Positions 1-12,900 of a stretch of DNA of 64,000 nt are shown here, one piece after another (position 1 is the first letter of the stretch; every line of letters starts with the position of its first letter). The notes under the pieces are model-generated. The model searched no databases. It was given only the letters and a program-made list of their open reading frames with translations, and was not told the DNA's origin. The position numbers were made by a program, and so were the translations under genes. The DNA comes from Bispira polyomma. Taxonomy: Eukaryota. The stretch is taken from assembly GCA_965649765.1 (NCBI GenBank), contig OZ287757.1, positions 3,348,001 through 3,412,000 on the forward strand, in the 5' to 3' direction.

Positions 1-417
1 TATACCAATGAAATGGACTATTTAAATAGTATTCTACTAGGAGAATACTATTTAAATATACTTATAACAATGCACCACAGCGCCCCAAAAAATTAGTATA
101 TCTATTAATTACAGATTTCAATTGACTATACAATAATATCTGATTGTGTGCCTTCAAACTTACTTAATATAGCCTGCTTAATGCATTACTATATATCACT
201 ATTCTATGCCAAAATATAAACAAATGGTATGGTAAAAAGTAACAGCTTCATTCACAATATATACAGTTTAACCAGCAAAGCTGGGAGTGACTGAAACAGA
301 TTAATGTATATATTTTTATTATCTAAAGTCCCTAAAACTAAGTTGTTAAAAACTAAAACATAAAACATGTATATAATTACTACATTTATCTGCATGTCTT
401 TGTATCCATAATTGAAG

Positions 418-582
418 GGTGACAGTGGTGGTCCTTATGTGTGCCTTGTGCATGATGTATGGAAGCTCTTCGGTGCAGTGTCTTGGGGAGGCAAATGTGG
501 TTACGAGGAAATTGCTTCTGTGTTTGCTCGAGTCAGTTATTTTAGGGACTGGATAGATCAAACCATTGAGGAGAATTATTAA
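418..582 (+). CDS. Last coding exon of an S1A (trypsin-fold) serine protease; upstream tandem paralog, rest of the gene lies before the window
   Basis: After the acceptor ttgaag (AG 416-417) it reads GDSGGPYVCLVHDVWKLFGAVSWGGKCGYEEIASVFARVSYFRDWIDQTIEENY*. It has the catalytic GDSGGP motif, the same phase-0 intron position as exon 17244-17414 and clear similarity to it. Confidence 0.93.
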   Translation, partial: GDSGGPYVCLVHDVWKLFGAVSWGGKCGYEEIASVFARVSYFRDWIDQTIEENY

Positions 583-1329
583 TATTAACACACTTGAATA
601 TTGTAAAAAAACTTGTCTTGTAATGAATTAAATGGAATTTGAAAATTAATTGCTTCTATACAAGTGTATGCCTTTACCCAGATGATGTATTAAAATATTA
701 ATAGAATGCTTATTGTTTCAATGGCATCAATGGTATATCATTATTTTGTGGCACAGTTGATTAATACATACACATATCTATAGTAATTATGTATTCTATG
801 TATATTTTCTGTTGTGTAAACGATGTGTAGCATTTTTGAGACAATTGTGATAATATGACAATTGACAAATAAACCGTCTTACATAAATTGTGCTGCGTTT
901 AAAACCAGTGTTTGTTGTGCATTTTAACATTACCAAGAACCACCAATCCATTGATCTAACCCTACAATCATCAATACATCAGTTTTGAACCTGCTATAGA
1001 TAATGGGATAACACATCCAAAACACTGAAATAAACCAGCCGTCTATCCAACTAACCATTTATCCATACATATTTTAGGGATGAAAATCTTGGAATTTGGA
1101 GAGAGGAGTTGAAGTGAATTCTTTTTGTTCATGAGAATTTTTAAAAAGATGGCCACCGCGGGCTTTTCTAAAAAAATAATTAGGTTTTACTTGTGTCTGT
1201 TTCTGATATCAGCTGTAGAAGGTTGACAGATATTTATGTCCTAAATAACCATGCAGACATTTCACCTTCAATCTACTCATTCAAGGTCAACGACAGAGTG
1301 CCAAAGTCCCCCCAATGACCGATTTTGGG

Positions 1330-1870
1330 CAAAGTTAAAAGTGAACTATAACTCATTTAATATTGATCCTAGAGGTTTGGAATCTGAAACCATCCTATAG
1401 AAAATCATAGGCTGGGAATCTTTTGATATGTTCAGATTTTACCTTGGGTCAATCGTTTAAGGTCAAATGTGGAGAGCAAAACTTGAAAGCTCTTATATCT
1501 CGCTTATTATTGGTCCTAGAGGTTTGTAACATAAAACCAACCTGTGGGAAATCAAGGCCTGGGAATCGTTTGATGTTGTCCGATTTAACCTTACGCCCCT
1601 TGTTAAAGGTCATTCTTGATAAAACTTAAAAGTGCCTATAAATTGCTTATTATTGGTTGTAGAGGTTTAGAATGTAAAACCAACTGATAGGATGGGCTGG
1701 TAATCTTATGCTGTGGTCATATTTGACCTTTGACCCCTCGTACAAGGTCAAATGGCTAGGCCAAACTTTAAAGTGCCTATCCCACATTCATTGCAATATG
1801 AAAGCCACTTGTTCCATTTAAGGCTTTAGAATAAATACCCTATAGGAAATTATAGGCTTGAAGCTTGGGT
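1330..1870. repeat. Degenerate ~145-bp tandem repeat (3-4 units), probably inside a non-autonomous element
   Basis: The motif tattggtcctagaggtttg...aaaccaacc...gggaatc...aaggtcaaat recurs; agaggttt lies at 1371, 1518 and 1661. Confidence 0.7.
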
Positions 1871-2469
1871 GCTGGCTAGGGTGCGTGATACCTAAAATGC
1901 TTTGTCTTTTGGTGGATACAAATATGCATCGGTTCGCCGATGCACTAAGTTTACTTTATGAATGTCCTAATTTCTGGTTTGGTTTATCACAATAATGGGA
2001 CATTCACACTGTCTGCGTTCTCGCACCCGTTCTGAGAACATGTGAGAACTTGAACAAACGTCTGAGAACTGGGCAAAAACGGCGGTAGAACTGGGGCGAA
2101 CAGCAAAAACAGGGACTACAGCTGGAAATTTTGAACATGTTCAAAACATCCGTGGGAGGACGGCTCTGAAAACACTCTGAACGGGAGTTGAACTGCTCAG
2201 AACTTGTGTAATTGGGACAATAGGAGGTATTACCGTATAAACATGTTTGACCTCCGTTTTGATCTCAAAAATTCTTCCTTCTTTAAGTCTCCATCCAATT
2301 CTTAGTCGATCTGTATGAACAATACTTACATGATTTGTGTGATGTGCTTAATAGCCATGAACCACTTGTATCTAGAATGACAAAGAAAGATTGTTTGTCT
2401 GATTCTTATTGACGTGCAAAGTCTCTTAGGCGCCACTTTGAAAGAACTATATATATACTTGTGAACAAG

Positions 2470-2975
2470 GATAAGTCACACCATTACAGTAAACTGATTT
2501 CAGACAATAGTCACAACTCTAGATAGTTATGGTATGAGCTGCGCAATATCCTGAATAAGGTTTCTCATGTGACACTTCCATCCCACAAATCTGATAAGTC
2601 ATTAACTGATCAGTTTGCTTCTTTTTTTTTTAGACAAAATTAGAAAAATTAGAGATACTTCTGTTCTTTCTAGCACTAAAAATGATGTTCTTTCTGATAC
2701 TTTAGAAATTATTGCCTTTACCAGAGCCTCTGCAGTTGATGTTAATAAAATAATTAGTATCCCACCTACAACATCCTGCATGTTGGATCTACTGCACAAC
2801 ATCTCTCATGAAGGAATGTAGTGATATACTACTTCTATCAATTACAAAGGAGGGACATGTACCTAATGGTTTCAAAACTGCTGTGGTCACTCCTCTTAAT
2901 AAGAAGGCTTCTTTTCCTGCTTATGATCTAAAGAACTATCGCCCTGTATCAGTTCTTGGTTTCATATCAAAATTA
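2470..2975 (+). mobile_element. Decayed non-LTR retrotransposon (CR1/L2-like) ORF2 fragment
   Basis: Frameshifted translation ...SLTDQFASFFLDKIRKIR...TTSCMLD.../...PNGFKTAVVTPLNKK...DLKNYRPVSVLGFISKL matches the pre-RT motif (K.A.V.P..KK...NYRP.S.L..SK). Confidence 0.85.
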
Positions 2976-3164
2976 GGGACCACAAGAAACTCTTTATTTG
3001 AATATTATACAATATGATTTTACTGTGAACGTTTGTATATCTATTACATTTCAACCATTATGCATGATCTCATTAGAGGCTATATCAGTTTCAGGTGACT
3101 TTCTCCTAAGGCTTGTTTTGGTCAAAATGATTTGGTGTTTGTACTGTATAGTTAATACTGTCTT

Positions 3165-3492
3165 TTGGGAATAAGGTCACCTTTTAACACAGAGTACATA
3201 ATGTGCTCATGTATGGACTTTACTTATAGTTCAGTTCTTCAAATTTCACTTCAAATTCAATTAAGGTTAACATTAAACTTAAGAGGGCCTCACACCTATA
3301 TTTATGGTGAACTTAGATTCACCTTAAAGTTCAATTACACATCTTATTAAGGTGACCTTATGCTCATATCAATCTTAATTGAATACATACAAATGTTAGC
3401 ATTAACTTAGTAACCAATTAAAGTTAAACGACATTATTTTACTATCTTTGGTGTTTCAATAAACTATCTAGGTCCCTTAACGGCAAGGCACT
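3165..3492 (+). mobile_element. Probable 3'-end remnant of a related tyrosine-recombinase retroelement
   Basis: It has several AAGGT(C/G)ACCTT palindromes and ends in ggcaaggcactg, resembling the 3' region and the GGGTAGGGCACTGA end of 53156-58688. Confidence 0.45.
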
Positions 3493-5493
3493 GTGGGTGG
3501 GTGGTGTACCTTATCAGATGCTTTGTATAACCACCTGTCAATAGCTCTAGATAGATCTAAATCTAAAAGTCTTAGGGTTGAATAAATATTGCCCACTTAT
3601 CATAATTGAAAGAATAAATTGAGCATGCTACTACTCGAAATAATCTATAAATAATCCTGTAATATTGTCCCGGGGCCATTAACTTGTGAATTAAGTAATA
3701 CTTATCCCAGACTATAAATGCAAGGAACACTATGTGGGTCAAACATTTATTAGGTTTATAAACATAATTTACGCTTATAAGTTATAAGTCAAGTCACCTA
3801 AAGATATATTTTTTTTTCATTTTCTATAATGTATATATAAACATGTGTACTACGAGTATGTTAATAAACAAATAAATTAATTAATATTTCTAATCCATAG
3901 CACATGACAAGGACTCTCACATTTCCAATAATTACCTGATGTTATATTTTCAAGTTCATGTAAAATTAATACTTAGTAATTCTTAGAAATAGTTCTAATT
4001 TGCATTCGAATGTGGTCAAAGCTATGAATTTGAGCGTGTTCTTTCTTTTCAATTTCAACACATTTTAAGTCCATAAAGTTATTTCATGAGCACAATCTTC
4101 AACAGTGTTTAAATCAGTCTGGAAATAAGGTGTTGGGAAACATGGAAGTGAACATCTACTTATTTTGGTGCTAGTTCAATGTTCATGAGTGTATATTTAC
4201 AGTGGGTTTTGTTCAACATTTTTATTGAAAGATGTGAATATTATCTCTAAAAGAGGAAGATTTGGCTAAATGCTAAACAGTAATTGAATTTACGTGGGTG
4301 AGAGCGGTTATGTGTAAATTATACTTGACTAGACCAGCAAAAAACTGATGGAATTGTATAATGACACTTTTGATCTGCGCTGAGTGGCAACTCATTTCCC
4401 ATATATAATAATCTGCAGATTGCAGGAAATTATTCTCCCATAGTAAAAGATATGATATATGTATGTCTACCAATATACCCACATCAACAGTAATAATAAT
4501 CATAAGGACATATTAAATATGGGCAACATAATGCTTACCGCCAAATGAAACAAAAATGTTGTTCAAACTAATCAAAAACAATTTGTAATAATTATAGACA
4601 TTTTGCATTTTGTAAAGTAATCAGTGTGTCTGTATATACATATAAAAGTTATTGTAAAATTATATCAATATACATATTTACACTGTTTTTATTGTCATAT
4701 ACATTTCCTTGAAATCGTTACATAGAAGCTGATATAATAAACTGGGTATACAGTGTGATGCAGTGGAAGTTGATTGAGGTTGACCTTAAACCAGGGATCA
4801 TATTCCTCCAAAAATTGTCAAACTCAAACTTAAAAATAAATTGTAAAGGTACACATATCCCAGGCTACAATAAAGTAGACTTAGAGCGCACATTGCTGTC
4901 ATGTGTTGAAAGCTGTATTCATAATAACGGTTATAAGCAAAAGTATATGTTACCTCCGTATTCAGCGAATATTACAGTCTGACTTCATCGCAATAGGGCT
5001 TGAGAATTTGGGAAAAATAGGGGGCCCATGATAATATTTTATTTTTTAAGAGTAAAAAGAAATAAATCCATATATTTGAACAGATATGCTTACTGCTGTA
5101 AAATGTATCAGTGTATAAAAAAGATAACTAAACATTAAGTAAAAGGAAAACAACAAATAACCCGTTTGAGGCCAACAGAAAACTCTCGCCAGAACATTAT
5201 TCTGGGAAATATGTTATACAGATAGCTGGAGTCACTTAAACACACACAACATACTACTTGCGACATTTAATTACGGCCTTGTTTTCCACTACAGAGTCAA
5301 TTACACTAACATTTTTTTTTTTTTGTTAATATTTGTTAGTATTACCCCATTGATGTAATAAAAACAAGCAAGTGTTCGAAAATATCCCTAATATTGATAT
5401 GTGTGGATCAATTACGATATCCCCACATTTACACACATATTTAAACCCTATGTCTCCAACTAAACAGACTGCAGACAGCTGACAGAAAGTGAT

Positions 5494-5693
5494 AATTTTA
5501 ATTGTAATTAGACTTTTATAGCGCATAATCTCCCCTTAACGAATGGGACTCTAAGGCTCAACAGTACAACTGATGTACAAGTGGGTTTTAAGCTTTTCTA
5601 AAAGAGGCTAGTGAAGGGGACGTACGAATCACATCAGGAAGAGCATTCCAAACAATGGGAGCATCCAAAGCAACGCTGTGACCAAACTGTTTA
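5494..5693 (-). mobile_element. 3' end of an L2-like LINE
   Basis: The minus strand encodes KQFGHSVALDAPIVWNALPDVIRTSPSLASFRK, a typical ORF2 C-terminal tail. It is followed by ttaaggggagatta...aagtctaattacaatta, a tail shared with 10660-10720. Confidence 0.7.
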
Positions 5694-6399
5694 AGTGAAC
5701 TCAACAACATATGGTAGTATTTTCATGTAACCGATTTTGAGAGATGGAAAGGTAATCAAGTGCTAAATCTCAGTGTACAGCCAACCTAACAATATTCCAA
5801 CCATTCACAACCAGAAAAAAGGTCAACACTTAGTATGTTTACCAGTGATTGGTAGCACCAACGTGTGATGAGGAGTGCTTGTCCAATAGACAAGTTTCAA
5901 GTTTGCATTCAAAGCTTTTGTCAGTGTAGAACCAGTATGAAAGCACAAGAGAAAGTCAGTTAACAGCCGTGGGTAAACACACTAGATTGATGTTTAAAAA
6001 GTAATATGTATTGTATTTTTCATTTTAACGTGCCTTATCAATGCGAGGCATCTTCCAAAGCACAACAACAGAATCCATTAACCAATTGAGAAGTCCGAAA
6101 AGCATAGCCAGGTTGTAAGGAAAAGTGGGGTTGGGCAGGGATGGGTCTAAGGGGTTCAAACAAGTTTGAAGAGGTATGTTTAAGTTTTCCCCTAAACCAA
6201 AAAGTAGTTTTAGTGATCTAAGCTTAGATGGGAGAATATTCCCCAAACCATTGCGGTGATCGGACTACTTAGCCTATTTTTAGCAACATGAGTGAAAATA
6301 TATAGATAATGACATATTTTACTGAATTTGTATTTTGTATTCAGATTTATACTCAGCACATATATCTATCTTTATCTGATATTAAAAACACTAGTATAC

Positions 6400-6602
6400 C
6401 CTTTCTCGACCGCAACAGCACAGGGCATCAAAGCCTGTAACTGGTGATAGGACCCAGTGACATAATAGGGCAATTATAAGTAGGCATCAGAGCCACTAGG
6501 CCCAAGGATGTTATTGCACCAATGAAACTAGTGGTCGGTACCGGGAGTGGAACGCGGGACCTTCTGATCATCATACAAACTCCCCAACCACTAGTTCACA
6601 GC
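6400..6602 (-). mobile_element. tRNA-derived SINE-like repeat
   Basis: The minus strand begins gctgtgaactagtggttggg...aaggtcccgcgttccactcccggtac, with degenerate Pol III A/B-box spacing. Confidence 0.5.
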
Positions 6603-6966
6603 AAATAAAATTACTATGCTTAATTTACAAATGCTAAAAAATGATCAAATTAACAACCATCACCATCTATAAACGGCCAATTCTATAAAAACACTGAAAA
6701 AAAAGCTTAAAGCAAAATTACAACCAGCATAATTATCAGATTTGTTTTTAATCCAATTCTATCTACCCACACAAATACCTCCACATCAAGCCTCTCAATT
6801 TGGTTTTACGCCAAACACACCCACCATACATATACTGCAACATTTGTGCCACTCTGCCTTTTTTCCAGACATTTGGGAGGGGGCTCCAACAGTGAAGTGC
6901 TAACCAGGGAGCCTGTTGAGAGAGTGAGAGAGAGTGAAGTATTTGTTTAGGGCCCTTCAATACAAG

Positions 6967-9900
6967 ATGGCGGCTTTTGGATTTACAGTCTTTTTCTTGG
7001 CTGTCTCATTGGAATTGGGGTTAGGTGAGTAATATAGGATTTGTTATTGTACCACGGCTGTGGGACTTGACGGTAACACACTTGTTGTCACACTGGAATT
7101 GGGGTTAGGTAAGTAATATAGGATTTGTTATTGTACCACTGCTGTGGGATTTGTGGGTAGCTCACTGGCTGTATAGGATCTCCTCGTTCCAGGATTGTGT
7201 ATAGAGTTGGAGTGACGTTTCCACTTCATAAAGTATTAAATGTTTCTGGTAAAAAAATATTTATAAATATGTTATATTACCTGTTTTCAACAAAGTTCTA
7301 TATTTTTGGTTCTCTTTAGTAAAGTGTATATTTTATCATTTGGGTTAGCACATTTGTTTTACATGACATAAAAATATTTATTTTTCTCCATAAAGTCAGT
7401 ATTGTTTTGTTTTTTAAAAATACCACTTGGATTTAATTTAGTGAAAACCAAGGAAATCTAAGTAAGGAATTAGTTCTCACTTGTTTGAGAATATACCACC
7501 TCCGGGCTAGATCCGAGACTTGAAGCATTGCATAGATTTATTGTCAGAAGAGCTTTTAAATTGTACAGAAGATGCATCACATTAAAAATCCATGTCTGAA
7601 ATAGGGCACTGAATTGTTAGAAGGAGGCAGTAACACCAATATATGTAAAACTTTAAACGTTATTTCTCACTCGTAAAAAATCATCAAAAGTGCCTTATGT
7701 TTTCTCATCACTTTAAGCAAGTATGAAACTTAATGGTTAATGGGGATGGGGCATTGTGAATGTGTACATCATAAAGTTGGATTGGGATATTTAACGTCCA
7801 CTGTACTACCTGTTTAGGTTATATTGGGACGGGTAGTTGAAAACGCTGGAGGAAACATTGCAAACAATTGATCAAGGTTCTGCACTGAAACCAGCGGCCC
7901 ACAGTAAGGAACTACCACCTTTCCCACATAGGCATCGACGGAATTCAAACTCACGCCACCCAGAGGTGAGAGACCAATGATTGTGAAGCGCAATGTTTGC
8001 TAACCACTAGGCCACCGCAGCCCCGTGAACATCATTAAGGATGTTTTACATATGCCGAGACGTAAACCAGGAATATTTGAGAAATCAATTGTATGATTGT
8101 GTATGTTTGTATTAATTAATTTTTTTTCTATTTTTTGGTGTAATATGTCTTTTATTTTGTGTTTCAATCACAGTTTAAGTTTTTTGTTTGTAAAACTTTA
8201 ATGTATTTGATACAATAATTATAATCAATAGATAATGGTTTAGGCCGTTGTCGAGTACCCTCTACTGAGCACCCTTTTAGTTTATGATGCATCTGGTAGA
8301 ATGAAAATGTAACAAAATATTATTAAGGAATCACATTTCACTAGACAAGCAAGCAAGTCAATGTTTTGTATGCCAGAAGAAACTTAAAATCTAGATGTAT
8401 TACAATATATGGTATCAAGTGTTGGAATAAATAATTGTAATCTTTTTATTATAAGGCTCTTGTACTGTATATTTAACTATATCGAATGAAAATAACATTA
8501 AAATCTAGATGTATTTCAATATATGGTGTCAAGTTTTGAAATAAGTAATTGTAATCTTTTTATTATAAGGTTCATGTACTGTATATTTAACTATATCGAA
8601 TGAAAATAACATTAAAATCTAGATGTATTTCAATATATGGTGTCAAGTTTTGAAATAAGTAATTGTAATATTTTTATTATAAGGTTCGTGTACTGTATAT
8701 TTAACTATATCGAATGAAAATAACATTAAAATCTAGATGTATTTCAATATATGGTGTCAAGTTTTGAAATAAGTAATTGTAATCTTTTTTATTATAAAAG
8801 TTGTGTACTGTATATTTAACTATATCGAATGAAAATAACACATATTATTAATTAAACATTTAGGTTCGATCAATTTAGATAAAAGAGATTGAAAGACTAA
8901 AAATAAAACAAATGAAACCTAACAAAACAATTAAACATTTCGATGAGAGAAACTTGGATGATACAGTTTGAAAGACATTTTTACCGTATATACATTTATT
9001 TTTTTTTCTCCATCCAGGCGAAAAGGTGAAGGTCAGCTGGAAGGAATGTAACCTTGAGGCCGAGAAAAGACTCAACTGTGCTTATAATGGCATCACTGAG
9101 GAGAAGTGTTACCAGAGGGGATGCTGTTGGGCTGAAAATCCTGAAAGAGGGATAGCGTGCTACCACTCCATTAGTAAGTCTTAATAATACATCTGACACT
9201 TGGAATGTACAAATTGGTGCATTCGTAGTTCCGAGGATGCATGCGTTACTATCGGAAGTGACATGTTTTACATAAACAAATTCAATTATATGAGCTGTCA
9301 AAATATATTTAAGTGTTAACTCTCCGTTATTTTTTTCAAATAATGGCCTCAGATTTAGATATACTATGCAGAAGTATTGGTTCTTTGATAAGGTTGACAT
9401 TCCCATTTAATTTTTGTACAATTTGCAAAATAATAATACAGGATATTTATTAAACACTACATTAGGTATAAATAATTACTGTCCTTGTTTTAGTATCATA
9501 ATCTATTGGGAAATAACTGAGATATTTCACTTGACATACGGGTACCCATATTTACTTGATCTTGTGGCCTGTGTCTTTGCAGTATACAATATTTTTTGTT
9601 TATGTGCCATCTTTAGGACCGGAAAGTTGGAACTTTGCAAATTTGCAAATTAGCTTATCAACAAATACATATTTGTCGTCACAAAAAATGTAAATATATT
9701 ACACATACATGTCCAAGTTTAAGGTCAGAAAAGTGAAGCACTGTAAGTTCAAAGACCGCTCTTCACACACAATACTGATTTTCCGGGATTAGTTTATGTG
9801 TTTACGCTACTAAACCCTAAAGCCAAATGATGCTCTATCAGTCAACGTGGTTGTTGTGTTCATATTTGCTGGCCAGTCGCCAACACTCAAAGTTTAATGT

Positions 9901-12900
9901 TTGGAATGAACAATCAGTAACCAGTCCAACTAGCAAATATAAACTTCAAAAATTTATTTGACCTAATTGATCACAGGCATTTACAAGTCCTAAAAGTCCC
10001 TATATCTGTCGGCGAGGAGATGAAATTTTAGCTTTCTTCAGTTCCTCGTAATAATAAGTTGTTAGTACAGCAGACTTGCCGTTATTGCCAGATATAGTGT
10101 GTGTTTTAGTGACTCCAGCTATCGGAAAAACCTATTACCGAAAAAAAAAAATGGTTTTCAGTTATTGGTGATAGTTTTATAGAAATGGTTAAAGAAATAG
10201 ATAAAATGCTAACCATGTAGTTTACAAAACTACCAATGTAAAATACAAATGTGTATACAGGGATGAGTTCAGTTGTAACTTTGATGTGATGTTTATTGTA
10301 GACTGCATTTTACTAAAAGATGAAAAAAAAAATCAACTGTATCTGGCACAATAACGTACATATATAAGTACATTCTTCCATGCTGTTTACTTAGGTCCTG
10401 TCCTCACAAACAAGATGTGATGAACATAATTCATACATCGGTTGTGGATAACTGTATCAAAGTTCAGGTGCTCACGTAGATATAACATATAAGTTATATA
10501 AAACATCATGTATACCTGTTAATTGATCCATTGAAAAAATGTATATTTATTTATCTCATTAAAATAACCATAAACTAATTCTTCTTATTATGAACTCAAC
10601 CTAGTACCGGCCCAAAATGTCACAGACAATTGGATAACTGTCTTTTGTGCTGGTGCGCCTTAGAGTCGCCTTTGTTAAGGGGAGATTAAGCACAATACAA
10701 GTCTAATTACAATTACAATTACAGACAAGATTTTTCACTAGTGTGTAAATCAAAGAGCAAATATGATGTTGTTACACTCCTGTGCTCAACCAGAAAAAAA
10801 ACCTCATAATTTTGAGGCATGTTTCCATGTGTGCAGAAATCCTTAGTGACAGGCAGCATCAGCTTGCGGATATGTTTCCGTGGTAGAAAAGATTGTAAAG
10901 TATGATTACAAACACCAAACATATCTTATTCCAAGTTCAGTTTCAGGAAATCAAGATTTGAATAAGTACAAATGGGTTGAACATATTAAAGCAGTAACTT
11001 TAACATTATATATTAGCTGAAGATGGATATGTGCTGTTCATGCTCACATCAGCAAAAAAAATTGGCCAGTGCCTGATTTTTTAACCGCTTTACCTCTAGT
11101 GGCTCGCTATGGAAATGGAAACAGCTAATCATTTCCCACTCACACCCACATCTACTGCTTGTTGCCATGCAAACATAGAGTAACATGTCACAATTCCAGA
11201 ACATTACCCACATTTAATGAAAGTATAAATATATTGTCCATAAAATATCATGGTATATAACAAACACCCACTGTCGCCCGTTTTACAGCCACTGCAATAC
11301 CCCAGTGTTCGATAGAGAATGATGATAAAGAGGTTTGTGGTCCCCCTGGGGTGAAAAAGCATCATTGTCTGGCTCGTGATTGTTGTTGGCAGCCATCGAA
11401 TGACCTCAATGCGCCGTGGTGCTACAGCAAGAAAAGTAAGTTTAAATTGATTCAACTGGGATGCCAATCAAATTCATTCTGTTAATGTAGCAAGCCTACA
11501 AATTACATATACATATGTCATAAATATATTCTATTTTGTCCAAAGGTGATTCCGCATCTAACTAAGCAACAGAAAGTCAAAAATGCACTCTGTCTATAGA
11601 TCTTTCAACTTGCCTGTATAACCAACAGTACACCTTGTACTCCTTTGAGCTCCTTTGAAGAGTTGAAATATTTTAAAGTAAAATCTCCTCACTTTTAAGG
11701 GTCATACATTCGGGTCGACTTTCTCCGCTCCCATATTTAGTCTAGTACTATCACTCATGGTGACCGAATATCTGTGTCCTACACTCGACGACAGGTGGGT
11801 AGACACATTTACCAATTTGATGCTCCGCATGAGTAGAAAGAGTTTCCAGTGGAGATTAGATCCCAAACAGATATTCATAAATTCAGGAGCAAATTCAAGA
11901 CACATCTGTCCCGACTGGCTTATTCCCCACCTTAGCCAATCTCCTCTACAGATGCCCTTCTGATCACGACCTATTTCTGTCCCCTGACTAACCATTTGAA
12001 CAATCAGTACCCCTTAGAGGATAATATATCTAATTGGGGCTAGATCATTTCTTTGATAATAATGTGTTTTTTTTGTGTGTGACTCTTTCAGTTGATTATA
12101 ATTTCCTATTTTTTACTTTGCCAGCTATACCAGTACTACCTGAGAGCTGTGGAGTTCCAGCTATTACACCAAGTACACGCAACTCCAAAATTGTTGGTGG
12201 TGTTGATGCAAAACCGCACAGCTGGCCTTGGCAGGTAATACTGTGTGACCTTGAAACTATACATGTCAAGGTCAAAAAGTACTACTTATCGACAGAATAT
12301 AGTATAACATACATCAGTGGAACATATTGGGAGAATGCAACTTGGTTTTGATGATAGAAGTTCAAAGAAGTTCAAAGTCTGGTGCAAATTATTTTAGCCC
12401 CCCCCCCCCCCCCCCCCACACACACACTGTTATGCCTCTTCAGTAAATCCTCTATTATCATAACAATTTTGTATCAATATTATTACCCTAACTATAAATA
12501 TGGAATTCTAAATATAGAGATAGGCTTAAAGATGACACCATTGATCAATGTGCCCAATGTTATTTAGATTGACTTCTGGGGATAAGGACTCAATGACAGT
12601 GTGGGCTGCCATTTTGAAGTAGGGACACATTCCAGGCAACTTTGTATCTGTATTGAATGCCGGTCCCATTAGACCCACTAGATCAAATGCTAATCTATAA
12701 TTATTAGCATGAATTTGTAATTGAATCTATTCAATTTCTAGGTGAGCCTTCAACTCGGTGGCAGCCATTTCTGTGGAGCATCCATCATCAATGAGAACTG
12801 GGTCCTGTCTGCAGCACATTGTGGAGCCGCGTAAGGAATAACTTAATTTTGCAACAGTTAACTCTTCTTAGTCATCATTGGGAGGTAACTAAAAAAACAA

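Noticed and set aside
346-591. Antisense or alternate-frame ORFs over real exons and element ORFs (also 8996-9406, 11204-11467, 17162-17392, 32910-33278, 35842-36559, 54257-54942, 56778-58173, 61600-61935)
   Set aside because: They are shadows of true coding sequence and show no recognisable motifs.
6963-6974. YY1 motif CAAGATGGCGGC over the protease start codon
   Set aside because: It coincides with a good Kozak context and Met-Ala-Ala codons, so it cannot be separated from coding constraint.
7777-8024. tRNA gene
   Set aside because: A and B boxes are present, but there is no cloverleaf and it continues into a body shared with 25288-25530, so it is a SINE.
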